Below, one piece after another: positions 27,451 to 39,149 of a DNA stretch of 64,000 nucleotides. A program made the position numbers and the translations under genes. This DNA comes from Callorhinchus milii (lineage: Eukaryota). The stretch spans positions 29,266,001 to 29,330,000 of the forward strand of contig NW_024704742.1 in assembly GCF_018977255.1 (NCBI RefSeq), written 5' to 3'. Position 1 is the first letter of the stretch; each line of letters begins with the position of its first letter. The notes under the pieces are model-generated. The model saw only the letters and a list, made by a program, of their open reading frames with translations, had not been told where the DNA came from and made no database searches.

Positions 27451-30039
27451 TAAGGACTTGAGCCTGACATGATTTGAACACGTAGCCTTCTCATCTGGAC
27501 TCAAATGTGCTACGGTTGCACCTTCTCTTTTTGAATAGGTCCACGGGATCTTTGATGTCCACCTGAATAAGCAGATGGAACCTCAGTTTAATGTCTCACC
27601 CAAAAAAACGTACCTCCAACAACGCAGCACACCCCAGCACTGCGCTGAAGTGTGAGTTCAAAGTTCTGATGCAATGCATCCAAGTAATACAAAGCCCTCT
27701 GATCAGACTATAACTTGTAAGTCACTTCCTCCTGTTGCTTTTTATACTACTTTTGTCTATCACAGGGGAAAACATGCCAATATGATAATACTGCTATTAG
27801 TACAGTATGTAACATTGGAGTCTTACTTAATGTTTTTTTATAGTGATGTTTAGTGCTGGTAAATATAAAATGAGCCAATGAAACAGTCTGTTGAATTTCT
27901 ATGAGCTGAAATGCCAGACGGAAGAACCAAACAGCCAGCAATTCCACTAATATGGTTTTGATTCCAGATTGTACGGCTTCACCCTTAGAGAGAAGAGATT
28001 AAAATTTAATCAATGCTGCCACCTGCATCTTGTACCTGGGAGACAAAGATAAACTGAAAAAGATGTCTTGCGATATAGATGTACACCTGTCCTTATCCCA
28101 TTGTGCATGTTTTTCACAAAAGACCATGTTAAGCAGCCATATAAATGCTAAATAGGTTGTCATATTATCAAAGGAATAGACTGGGGCAAAACAGTAAGTT
28201 TCTCAGAAAAAGTTCCGTGCGAGGGATAGGAGGAGGACAGAAGGCGGTGGCCTTATCAGCTGAGGTACACATGTCTAGAAGTCTCAAAGCACTTCACAGG
28301 ATATACTATAAAGTGGATTGACTCTATATTTCGTGAGCGAAACATGGCAGTCAGTTGAACAGGCAGACCTCAGTTTTACGTCTCATCCGAAATACTCCAA
28401 CAACAGAATCTAATAGTGGTGGACTTGCACATCAAAGTATTTTGAAATCTTGAGGCCACAACAGCAGCAGAAGTCATAGACGAAACAAATGACATTTTTG
28501 CCAGTTATACTGACAGAAATAATAAGCGCTAAAATGGACCACAATTTTCACCAACAAGGACTGGAACATAAAACGCACGGCCACGTCACCCACAAAGTTT
28601 ATAGAATGAATGTTCCACACAAAGCAAAGGCAACACAGGATCTATGGCACTCTGTGAGTCCAGCTTTGGTGGCAGAGAGAGTGGCACTCTGTGCCACCAA
28701 AGCCTACCACTTGCATGAATCATCACTTTCAGGAGAGCGGAGAAAACTGGAGGGTGGTGGTGGGACAAAACATCCTGGGAAGATTAGCTTCTTATTTAAA
28801 TTCTTATTGTAATATTAATTAGTGGAGATTAATGCAGATTATTATACCGATAAACCTTAGGTACAGATACAATATAATCTGTGACAGGACACAGAAAGTC
28901 GGATTTAGGAAGAAACCCGAGAACAATACAGCATCAATTTACATGTAAGCAGTGTCTTTCACGTGGGGAGGACGTCTCAAAGCACTTCACAGTGCTGTGT
29001 GGGCACCCTGCACATGGGGGTGGAAGCCGAGGGCGTGAGGGGAAAGATGACCAAAAGCACAAAGACGTACATTTTGAGACATGCCTTGAACGAAGGGAGG
29101 GATTGAGCAAGTCAACCTGCGCTTGACATTCTCTAATTAAGTAAGCAGGATGCATCTCTCCAGGGAGAAAACGCGCACTCCATTCAAGACACAGAGAAAC
29201 TTCTGTATATTGGTGGCATATATTTATGGAATTCTGTCTGATTTTGAATACTCTTATCCTAAACGTGGTGATGGGTTTCCACGTGTGTCAGACACCCATC
29301 TGACCAGTAAAATGCAGTCATTGGAAAATGGAGCACAATTCACAAAAAGCCTCCCAAGAGGTGGTGATCCACAGCTAAAATCAGTCAGAACTTGAGTATA
29401 ATCTTTGATAGATTATTTTATCATTGTGCTCTCAATCACTGTCCTCTGGAACTCCCTGCCCCAATCCCTCCACCTTTGCCCATCTTCAGATCACACCTGA
29501 AGGCTTTCCTTTTCGATCGTGCCTGCTGCCACCTCCCATGTTTTCCCAGCTCGGCATCAAACGTACCCCACTGATAAGCACTCCGAGACGCTACCCCAAA
29601 TGAAAGGCTCTATATAAATGCACGTTGCTGTTCTTGTTATTTAAAACACATTTTCCAACAAGGTTCCAAATAAATCCATTCTCTCTTTCATTTAGTGAGC
29701 CCTGCTAGCTTAATGTACACGTTTTGTGCTGTGCTTTGTTGATGACAGGAGCATCGCAGCATCAGTCTTTGGTACATCTATAAAGGCTTTTTATTTCTCT
29801 AAATATCCCAATTTTTCATTTGCACAACTGACAAGCCATATTCTGCTTCAGCGCCAACAATATTGATTTGGCCTGTAATCTACAATCAGTCTTGCCTCTT
29901 GCCATTTAGCTGAGAGAGCTGTTTAGTTTGCAGAAAATGATGTATCTGCACAATGCAACATTTTAATTTGCACCGTTAAAGAATGCACAGTTCTTTGAAA
30001 ACGTGGAGTATTATTACTTTTACACAGGGTTAATTTGAC

Positions 30040-30606
30040 TGGTTCAGATTGTACCTCTCACACCACCTCCACTTCATCCCCATAAACATTTTCTCCTCTA
30101 GCCCCCGCACCGTCTCATATGGCGTTCCTCAGGGCTCTGTCCTTGGTCCCCTCCTCTTCAATATCTATGTGCTCCCTCTTGGTGACATCATCCACAGACA
30201 TGGGGTCAACGTCCACATATTTGTAGATGACACCCAACTCTACCTCTCTGCCTCCACCCTTGACGCCAGGACCATCAAGTCCTGGATGAGAGTTAATTTT
30301 CTTCAGTTGAACGTTAACAAGATTGAGGCTCTCCTGATTAGCTCCCGTCAGCGCCTCCTCATCTCAGGTGCTGACAGCATCACCATCCATGGTTGCACAC
30401 TCCACATTACTAAGCCAGTCCAGAACCTTGAGGTCTTGTTGAACCCTCAACTATCCTTTCTATCCCACATCTATGCCATGACCCACTCTGTCTTCCCCCA
30501 CCTCCACAACATCTCCTGGCTCTGCCACTGTCTCACACCGCAGGCCCCCGAAACCTTCATACACACTTTCATTACATCGAAGCTCGACTATGCAAACTCC
30601 TTGCTT
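30040..30606 (+). mobile_element. L2 LINE internal RT fragment
   Basis: GVPQGSVLGPLLFNIY, FVDDTQLY, NFLQLN..KIE, ITSKLDYANSLL. Confidence 0.95.
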
Positions 30607-31825
30607 CGAAAGTCAGGCTAGTCTATGTTCAAGTTCAAAGTCCTAATGTGGAGTTTGGACCCACAATCTTTCGATATGATTGAGAGGTAAATTTCACCCA
30701 CAAAATATACAGTCAATTTCACTTTACAGTATATTCTGTGAAGCGCTTTGAGACGTCTAGAAGACGTGAAAAGCGCTATATCAAATGCAAGGATTATTAT
30801 TATTAAGTGCGCCACCAAGTCAAATTGGCCAAAGAGTATTCTTCAATCTAATCTCACATTAAATGTGTTGTAACACACTGAAGGGCCACAAGGTGCCGGT
30901 GTTCCCCACGTTGTATGCTTTGAAAGACAATGCCAAGTTAAATAGTGGAAAATTCTTCCCTTTGGTGGAGGGATCCATTACAAGAGTACATAGCCTTAAA
31001 ACCAGAACCAAGACAGTTAGAACTGAAGGCCAAAAAAACAGAGGGTTGTGAAGATGAGGAATTTTCTGCTCCAGAAAGTTATAGAATTAGAATCAATAGG
31101 AATGTCTAAAAAAACCCAACAAAATCTTAAATAATAGTCTTTGCATTTTGATATAGCCCCACATTATTGAGATATCTCAAAATGCTTCATTTTATTGTGA
31201 AGTGCAGTGGTTGTGTATTTGTAGGTGAACGCAGCCGTCAATCCGTTCGGACTGAGTATGAAAATTGGAACATGGCGCTACGTGGGAAACTCAAGCACTA
31301 TTTGGCCGTTTGCTGAATCACAGCAATTCTCTGTGGTGATCTGAGCAGCCTGTTTACTGAGTCAGCTCTGCAATACTACAACAAACGACAACAAATTACA
31401 TTTATGTAGCTCCTTTCGTGTCGCTGGACAGTCGAGAGTTTACACCTGAGCTGTAGTTTAGAATCAAGAGGCATGTGTGCGCGGGTGGTGGTGGTGGTGG
31501 GGGGGGGAAGATGACCGAAGCCGCCGGTCAAAGAGAAATGTCTTGAGATGCACCTTGGAGGAGAGGAGGGAATGGACGAGGCAGAGGGACTCCGGGATGA
31601 AGTTCCAAAGAATGGGGCCAGAAAGGTTGCCGACGGTGGGGACGGGGTGGAGGGAGTAGGCGGAGTTAGGGTTGTATGGAAGGGGGTGGGGGGTTGCAGT
31701 GGAGAGGTTTCAAAGTGAGGACAAGGATGTTGAGCTGAATACTCTGGGACTGTACTCTGGGGAACAAATTCATCCTAAATCAGATGCCCTGGTTTAGAAC
31801 TTTTCCCAGTGCCTTGTGAACTCTG

Positions 31826-33215
31826 ACAATAACAACAAAATTACATTTATAGTGCGCCTTTCACACCGGGAGGACGTCCCAAATCCTGAACAGTCAGGTG
31901 TTGGGGCCCGAGCGTGGGGGAGGAGGGATGGTGTAGGGGTGAGGGAAGGCAGAGAGGTGGAAGGGAGACCAAAGGCACGGTCAAAGAGAAAGGACTTGAG
32001 ACCGACCTTGAAGGAGGCACGGGAGGAAGCAATGCAAAGGGACCGTGGAATGGAGTTCCAGAGTGTAGGGGCAGAGAGGCTGAAAGCCCGGCCACCGATG
32101 GTAGGGCAGGTCGGGCGGGAGACATGGAGCAGGCCACAGCCCGATGAACATAGGGAGCGGACAGGCTCGTAGGGAGTCAGCAGATCAGAGCTAGGAGGGC
32201 GCAAGGCCATGGGTGGCTTTAAAGGTGAGGACGAGGATCTTGAACTCGATCCTCTGGGGGATGGGGAACCAGTGGAGTCGGGCGAGGGTGGGAGTGATGG
32301 GGTCGCGGAGCCTGGTGCGCGAGAGTACACGAGCTGCAGAGTTTTGGATGATCTGCGGCTTGTGAAGGGAAGAGTTGGGAAGGCCGATGAGGAGGGAGTT
32401 CCCATAATCAAGCCTTGAGGTGACGAAGACGTGGGTGAGGGTTTGGCAGCCTGAGGGGTGAGTGAGGCAGTGGCGAGTCTGGCAATATTGCGTAGGTGGT
32501 GGTAGGCAATGCCGGTCATAGCGTGGATTTGGGTGAGAAAGGACGGTTCAGGGTCAAACAAGACACCCAGGTTCCTGACAGGGCTTAGTGAGGTTGAGTG
32601 TGCAGCCGTGGAGGCTGATGCTGTCGGTGCCCGAGGTGCGGAGGGGTTGAGTTGGAGAAAGTTGTCCCTCGTCCAGAACTTGATGTCGGACAGGCAGTCG
32701 GTCAGGACCTCAGTAGTCCTGGAGTTCAGGGTGGAGTCAGAGAAGTAGAGTTGAGTGTCAGCCGCATACATGTGGCAATTTACCCCATGTCTGCGGATGA
32801 CGTCACCAAGGGGGGAGCATGTGGAGGGTGAAGAGGAGGGGACCGAGGACAGAGCCCTGAGGAACACCGCACGAGACGGTGCGGGGGCCGGAGGAGAAGC
32901 CGTTTGCCGCGACAAAGTGGAGGCGGTGTGCAGGGTAGGACCTGAGCCGGTCACGGACAGAACCTCGGGGGCTGAGGTGGGAGGAGAGGAGGCGGCGGTC
33001 CACGGTGTCAAAGGCGGCGGAGAGGTCGAGGAGGACGGGGAGGCAGAGGGGAGCCTCTGGCCGCACAGGGTCAGGGTGTCGTTCGGGACCTGGACCGGAG
33101 CGGTTTCCGCGCTGTTGGGAGGGGTTCGTGGCGGGAGTGGGCGGAGAGGAGAGGAAAGAGCGGAGCTGGGAGGCCGCGGCTCTCTCAGGGACCTGGGATG
33201 GGAAGGGGAGCCGGG
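31826..33215 (-). mobile_element. L2-clade LINE, 5'-truncated (RT domain to 3' tail), inactive
   Basis: Minus-frame fragments LLDLSAAFDTVD, GVPQGSVLGPLLF, YAADTQLY, VRNLGVLFD, IGGRAFS..APTLWNSIP; (TTG)n tail; frameshifts. Confidence 0.95.
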
Positions 33216-33299
33216 GGTGGACTTCATGACCTGTCGCGTGTTCCCAGCGATGCGGGTTTGGGGGTCCGGTGTCTGCAGTGCGGCCCATTCCCTGTTGGG

Positions 33300-33730
33300 C
33301 TTCGCTCCCGGGAAGGTCCTACCCGACACTGGCCGAGCCAGTGACGTCATTCGGGCGGGGGTGGGTGGGGGGGGGGGGTGTGAAGTCATCAGGTCATCTA
33401 CGTCACTAACCGTCTCCTGGTCGTCGCTCCCCGCCGGCGGCAGGTACAAGGCCACGTGACGCTGTTCCGGCGACGCGATTGCAGCGCGCGCCCGCGCGCG
33501 CGCGTGGGTGGGTGGCGTAAGGTGTTGTGGGCGCGGCTCCCCCGCCCCCCGCCGCCCGCCGCCGGCCTGTGTGACGTAGGAGCGCGCGTGGTGGTGGCCG
33601 CTCGCTCGCTCGCTGGCTCCTCCCCCCACCCCCCCCCCGAGCACAGGCCCCGCCCACCCCGAGCACAGGCCCCGCCCACCCCGGGGACAGGCCCCGCCCC
33701 CGCTCCCGCTCCCCCCTCCCCCTGTGTGAA
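33300..33730 (+). promoter_or_regulatory. CpG-island promoter, probably of NOCT, with CRE/E-box/GC-box cluster
   Basis: Very high GC and CpG density. Full CRE TGACGTCA 33342-33349, TGAAGTCA 33381-33388, TACGTCAC 33399-33406, E-box CACGTG 33453-33458 overlapping TGACG, GTGACGTA 33571-33578, several GGGCGG/CCGCCC boxes. Confidence 0.75.
33639..33704 (+). repeat. 22-bp tandem triplication containing GC boxes
   Basis: GAGCACAGGCCCCGCCCACCCC at 33639 and 33661, plus a variant third copy at 33683. Confidence 0.9.
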
Positions 33731-33735
33731 TCAGA

Positions 33736-35112
33736 GACAGGCAGTGAGGGAGGGGAACAGGCAGTGAGACAGGCAGTGAGGGAGGGGGACAGGCAGTGAG
33801 GGAGGGGGACAGGCAGTGAGGGAGGGGGACAGGCAGTGAGACAGGCAGTGAGGGAGGGGGACAGGCAGTGAGGGAGGGGGACAGGCAGTGAGGGAGGGGG
33901 ACGGGCAGTGAGACAGGCAGTGAGGGAAGGGGACAGGCAGTGAGGGAGGGGACAGGCAGTGAGGGTGGGGGACAGGCAGTGAGGGTGGGGGACAGGCAGT
34001 GAGGGAGGGGGACAGACAGTGAGACAGGCAGTGAGGGAGGGGGACAGGCAGTGAGGGAGGGGGACAGGCAGTGAGGGAGGGGGACAGGCAGTGAGGGAGG
34101 GGGACAGGCAGTGAGACAGGCAGTGAGGGAGGGGGACAGGCAGTGAGGGAGGGGGACAGGCAGTGAGGGAGGGGAACAGGCAGTGAGGGAGGGGGACAGG
34201 CAGTGAGGGAGGGAGGGAGTGAGGGAGGGGAACAGGCAGTGAGGGAGGGGGACAGGCAGTGAGACAGGCAGTGAGGGAGGGAGATAGTGAGACAGGCAGT
34301 GAGGGAGGGGGACAGGCAGTGAGGGAGGGGAACAGGCAGTGAGGGAGGGGGACAGGCAGTGAGGGAGGGAGGGAGTGAGGGAGGGGAACAGGCAGTGAGG
34401 GAGGGGACAGGCAGTGAGACAGGCAGTGAGGGAGGGGGACGGGCAGTGAGACAGGCAGTGAGGGAGGGGGACAGGCAGTGAGGGAGGGGGACAGGCAGTG
34501 AGACAGGCAGTGAGGGAGGGGGACAGGCAGTGAGGGAGGGGGACAGGCAGTGAGACAGGCAGTGAGGGAGGGGCACAGGCAGTGAGACAGGCAGTGAGGG
34601 AGGGGGACAGGCAGTGAGGGAGGGGGACAGGCAGTGAGGGAGGGAGATAGTGAGACAGGCAGTGAGGGAGGGGGACAGGCAGTGAGGGAGGGAGGGAGTG
34701 AGGGAGGGGAACAGGCAGTGAGGGAGGGGGACAGGCAGTGAGGGAGGGAGGGAGTGAGGGAGGGGAACAGGCAGTGAGGGAGGGGGACAGGCAGTGAGAC
34801 AGGCAGTGAGGGAGGGGGACGGGCAGTGAGACAGGCAGTGAGGGAGGGGGACGGGCAGTGAGACAGGCAGTGAGGGAGGGGGACAGGCAGTGAGACAGGC
34901 AGTGAGGGAGGGGGACAGGCAGTGAGGGAGGGGGACAGGCAGTGAGACGGGCAGTGAGGGAGGGGCACAGGCAGTGAGACAGGCAGTGAGGGAGGGGGAC
35001 AGGCAGTGAGGGAGGGGGACAGGCAGTGAGACGGGCAGTGAGGGAGGGGCACAGGCAGTGAGACAGGCAGTGAGGGTGGGGGACAGGCAGTGAGACAGGC
35101 AGTGAGGGAGGG
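33736..35112 (+). repeat. G-rich minisatellite (interspersed 20-bp GACAGGCAGTGAGGGAGGGG and 12-bp GACAGGCAGTGA units)
   Basis: Directly visible ~1.38-kb tandem array with variant units and extreme purine/G strand skew. Confidence 0.98.
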
Positions 35113-35379
35113 AGAGTGAGGGAGAGAGAGACCGAGAAAGTGACAGTGAAAAAGAGAGTGAAACAGAAGGAGTGAGTGAAGCACCGTGAACGACGGAGTG
35201 GGTGAGGGAGAAAGAAAGAGACAGAGGGACAGAACGCGTGAGTGAGAAAGTGAGTGAATATAAAAATAGTAATAACAATCCTTGCATTTGGTATTGCGCC
35301 TTATCACGTCTTCGAGACCTCTCAAAGTGTTTCACAGCATATACTGTAGAGTGAATTCACTGTATATTTTCTGGGCGAA

Positions 35380-35580
35380 GGAGAGAGAGTGAGAAAGAAA
35401 GAAAAAGAAAGAAAGAAAGAAAGACAGAAAGACAGAATGAGTGACTGAGAATGGGAGCGAGTGACAGGGAGAGAGAGAGAGAGAGGAAGAGAGTGAGTGA
35501 CAGGGAGAGACAGGGAGAGAGTGACGGGGAGAGTGAGGGAGGGAGAGGGACAGAGTGACGGAAAGAGGGAGAGAGTGGCG
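35380..35580 (+). repeat. Polypurine (GA/GAAA) low-complexity tract upstream of NOCT exon 1
   Basis: (GAAA)n, (GA)n and GAGTGACAGG-like units. Confidence 0.9.
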
Positions 35581-35614
35581 GAGAGCAGGAGGTGGTGGGG
35601 TCTCTGTGCCGGGA

Positions 35615-35804
35615 ATGTATTGGAGGGCAGCAACTCGTCTCCAGGCTCGTCTCCCGCTCCAGCAGCAACAGCAGCTGCTGATGATGATGATGTCGGGGGT
35701 CCCAGGACCTCCCCCCAGAGCTGCCCTGAGGAAGGCTGGGAGTGCCCGCGGCAGGACAGCCCCGGGTGCGACCGAGGCCACTGGAGGAGGAGAGGCGGCA
35801 GCAG
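35615..35804 (+). CDS. NOCT: Nocturnin coding exon 1 (putative mitochondrial targeting sequence)
   Basis: ATG at 35615 opens MYWRAATRLQARLPLQQQQQLLMMMMSG...GGGEAAA, Arg-rich with no acidic residue in the first 53 aa. It ends at a consensus donor CAG|GTGAGT (35805). The 190-nt phase-1 exon joins exon 2 as G|TG (Val), placing the second Met at position 67 and giving 431 aa in total, as recalled for human NOCT. Primary-sequence similarity of this exon is low; the call rests on splice phase, length and position. Confidence 0.78.
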
Positions 35805-35938
35805 GTGAGTGCGAGAGAGAGGGCTGTGTGATTGAGACAGTAAAATCAGGAGCTCGGATTGGGCACACAACCACTAATAATAATAATAATAATAATAGGT
35901 CTTGCATTTGATACAGTACCATCGTCGATGCAACATTA

Positions 35939-35953
35939 CCCCCCCCCCCCCAC

Positions 35954-35986
<33 letters not shown>
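35939..35986 (+). repeat. poly(C) plus (CA)n microsatellite at the start of NOCT intron 1
   Basis: Direct reading of the sequence. Confidence 0.95.
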
Positions 35987-35989
<3 letters not shown>

Positions 35990-36255
35990 TCCCCCCACCA
36001 CAATGAATTGTAATGTCAGACAGACCACGTGAGTTCAAATTCCAAGGCGGTGCTTGAACCCACACCCTTTTGATTCAGACACTGAATCAACTGAGACTGA
36101 CGCATAAATCCCCAAGGCTAACAGGGGAAGCTTGTCATAATTTTTTTTGAATAAGCCTGGGAGGGGAACTGTGACTTTGAATTGCTTCGAACTGGGAGTG
36201 AAAGTACAACTGACTCACCGGGAGAGAACCGAGCGACTCGCTAGGACTCGTAAGT

Positions 36256-36857
36256 ACAACAACAATTTCAACAACTTGGATTTACATAGCGCCCTCCACG
36301 CCGGACGGCGACTCAGAGCGCTTTACAGTTTCGGATCCCGGGACCGAGCCAAGGGGAGGGGGAGGAAGGTGACCAAAGGGGCGGTCGAAAAGAAAGGTCT
36401 TCAGCAGAGACCTGAAAATGGGAAGGGAGGGAGCGAGACGAAGGGAGTGAGGAAGGCAGTTCCAGAGCCTCGGGGCATAGTGGCTGAAGACACGGCCTCC
36501 GAGGGTGGAGCGGAGGACTCGGGGGACGAGGAGGAGGCCAGACCCGGAGGAACGAAGGCAACGGGTACTGTTTTGAGGAGAGAGGAGGTCAGAGAGGTAG
36601 GGGGTGCAGAGGAGCGCAGGGACTTGAATACGAGGGTGAGGAGCTTGAAATCGATCCTCTCTGGGACAGGCAGCCAGTGCAAGGACTGGCAAGGACTGGG
36701 GTGATCGGGGAGCAGAGTTTCGTGTGGATGAGAATGTGGACGGCAGAGTTTTGAATGATTTTGATTTTATGGATGGTAGTAGAGGGGAGACCGGCGAGGA
36801 GGGCGTTGGAGTAGTCCAGCCGAGAGGTGACAAAGGCACGGACCAGGGTTTCAGCAT
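36256..36857 (-). mobile_element. L2 LINE 3' fragment (second subfamily), CpG-rich
   Basis: HWLPVPERIDFKLLTLVFKSL, LGGRVFSHYAPRLWNCLP, LKTFLFDR; (TTG)n tail. Confidence 0.93.
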
Positions 36858-38114
36858 CGTAAGCGATGGTTGTTTTTTAACTAGGATTAATTTCTAATCG
36901 GGGCAGGGAAAGAGCAATGTATTCGCATTTCATTGATTATAACACGCAGACAGCCTTTATGACTTCGGTTTGGCAGGTGCCCTTCTTTGCTAGGTAGCTA
37001 TTTTTGTGTTGTGCTTTATAACCCAGAGGTGAATGGAAAAGGGATGACTGGAATGCATGCGCATGACCGCTTCGGTTTGTTCCGGCACATGACAATTGTT
37101 CAGTCTTCTCAACACGTCATTCAATGATTTGGATGGTTTCATCCGAAGAGATAGATAGTAGATACGACTTTCTATGTTATCAGTTAATAGTTGATGAGGC
37201 AAGAAAGCTCTCAGTTATTGCTGCTCTGAATATTTTCAGGCATGATAATAATCCTTGCCTTTGTAACTCCTTATGACAAGACATCTCAAAGCGCTTCACA
37301 GGTTACACTGCAAAGTGATGTGACTGTGTGTATTTTATGGGTGATACCCATACTTTGAATAACTTAGTTTTCCTTGAGTGTCTGTAAGTCACAATAATGT
37401 GGGGCTATTGTGAAAATTGGGGTCTTCATTCACTACAAACGATTCACTTCAAAAGTCTTATCTTAACCAGGTTTTATAATGGGAATTTTCTGAAGTTAAT
37501 ATTTACTTGAAGACAGTGCTTTTCACTAAAGTATAAGAAATATTCCAATTAAGACTTTTAACAATTGTATTTGTGAATCCAACTCAGCATTTTCGAATTA
37601 TTTTTCAGGAGAAATGCATTGGTTTGTGATGAGTAGTTTTCTTTTTGCCAAAAAAGCAAAAAGGTCTGTCATTCAGTCTTGGCCATGTTTGCTTTCGGAA
37701 CACTACAATGGGAATTGCTAGATAAAAAAAAGACCAAGGTTCATCTGGTTGCCTTCTACCATCATGGTAGTCATGTGCTAGATCAGTGAAGATGTAGCAA
37801 TTAATTCTGTGTGGATTAGTCTACTGACACATTGGAAAGTTTGGGGAACATTAGACCCCAAATTACCTTGTCGTCCAAGCATACCACACTTGTCATGTCT
37901 CAAATTACTCATATACTGTACCCCAAAATGTGTTTTCTAAAAGAAATCTATCTAATTTGTATTTGAATGAAATTACATTATCTGCTTCCAACATCTCCCT
38001 AAGGATTTACCACTCTCTCACTGAAATTCCACAGATTGGTTTTGAATTAACAAGAATAAGAATACTTGCTTTTGATATAGTGCCTTATCACGTCTTAAAT
38101 CACAGGCTGTGTCC

Positions 38115-38360
38115 TCTGGTTCTACCAGTTGTCAGTCGATTGGCGGATTGCTAACCGGGGGTAATAATCCCTCGAAAAAAATAATAATAATTTGTTCACT
38201 CAATCCATGACAGTTTTTGGGACACTGCTGTGTGCAATTGGCTGCCGCGTTTCGCCCACAAAATGCACAGTCAATTCACTTTACAGTCTATTCTGTGAAG
38301 CGCTTTGAGATGTCTCAAGAAGGCGCTATATCAAATGCAAGAATTATTATTATATTAGTA
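38115..38360 (+). mobile_element. Same SINE, 5'-truncated
   Basis: End of the extra segment, core and (ATT)n tail. Confidence 0.85.
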
Positions 38361-39149
38361 TTATTATTTTGGGGGGAAAAAGTTATAATGCAGTTCCATG
38401 AGATAATTCTTTGTTTGTGCCTTTTAATCTTCCAAAATAAAATTCTAAATGTGTGTCACATCTGACATCTTGGTCAGGGTCCAGTTGGCAGATATAGGCT
38501 GTGGATCTAACAGGTATTTTAACTGACCTGGTTGTCGCCTGGCCGGGGGAAAAATATGTATACACTTCGTACTCCAGATAGCCATTCATTGACCTCTGCT
38601 AAAAAATGCATGTGTGTGGCCAATAGATGAGGAAAGAGCACATGTAGTGACATCGGATGAGGATGGATTGAGCTCAGCTGTACCTGAATATTCTGCCAGC
38701 AGCGTTCTGTCTGAAACCACAGGGTGGCTACATGCATGAGGTGTGGCTTCTGTAGTTTGTGGAATTGTGCCCTACACTGAGTCACTGCCACTGGCAAAAA
38801 GGAGCAGGTGGAGAGAAACTAGAGAAGATCCCTCTCGAGGTAGTCCAGTTCCTGACCCAGGCGGATCAGCAGTACTCCAGGCCATTGCCGATTACATTGG
38901 CAGGACTTCAGGGGCAGACCCCATGGTCGCCGGGGCAGGAATTATTCCCACTCAGCTCCTGTTTAGACTCCCACAGAACCCGAACACTGTAGGGTTCCCG
39001 AGCTTTGCTTATCTAGATGTGGAGAAAACTTAAGGTTGCCACCCTGATCCTAAAGTTCTCTACATCTGGATAAGGAAGTTGTGTTCCTCCTGGGAAATAA
39101 TGTGTATTCTATTCCAGTAACGTTTACAAATTTCTATGCAGATGGCATA

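Noticed and set aside
284..31000. Numerous 60-125-aa ORFs in the upstream region
   Set aside because: Either TE-derived or lacking recognisable domains and splice structure; no gene is supportable.
31794..33644. 616-aa ORF as an active or domesticated reverse transcriptase
   Set aside because: It drifts between L2 frames, with RT motifs split over three frames and YADD mutated to YAAD. It is open because of high GC.
33406..35335. 639-aa and 534-aa minus-strand ORFs
   Set aside because: They are translations of the minisatellite (PPSLPVPLPHCLS repeats), open only because the repeat lacks stops on that strand.
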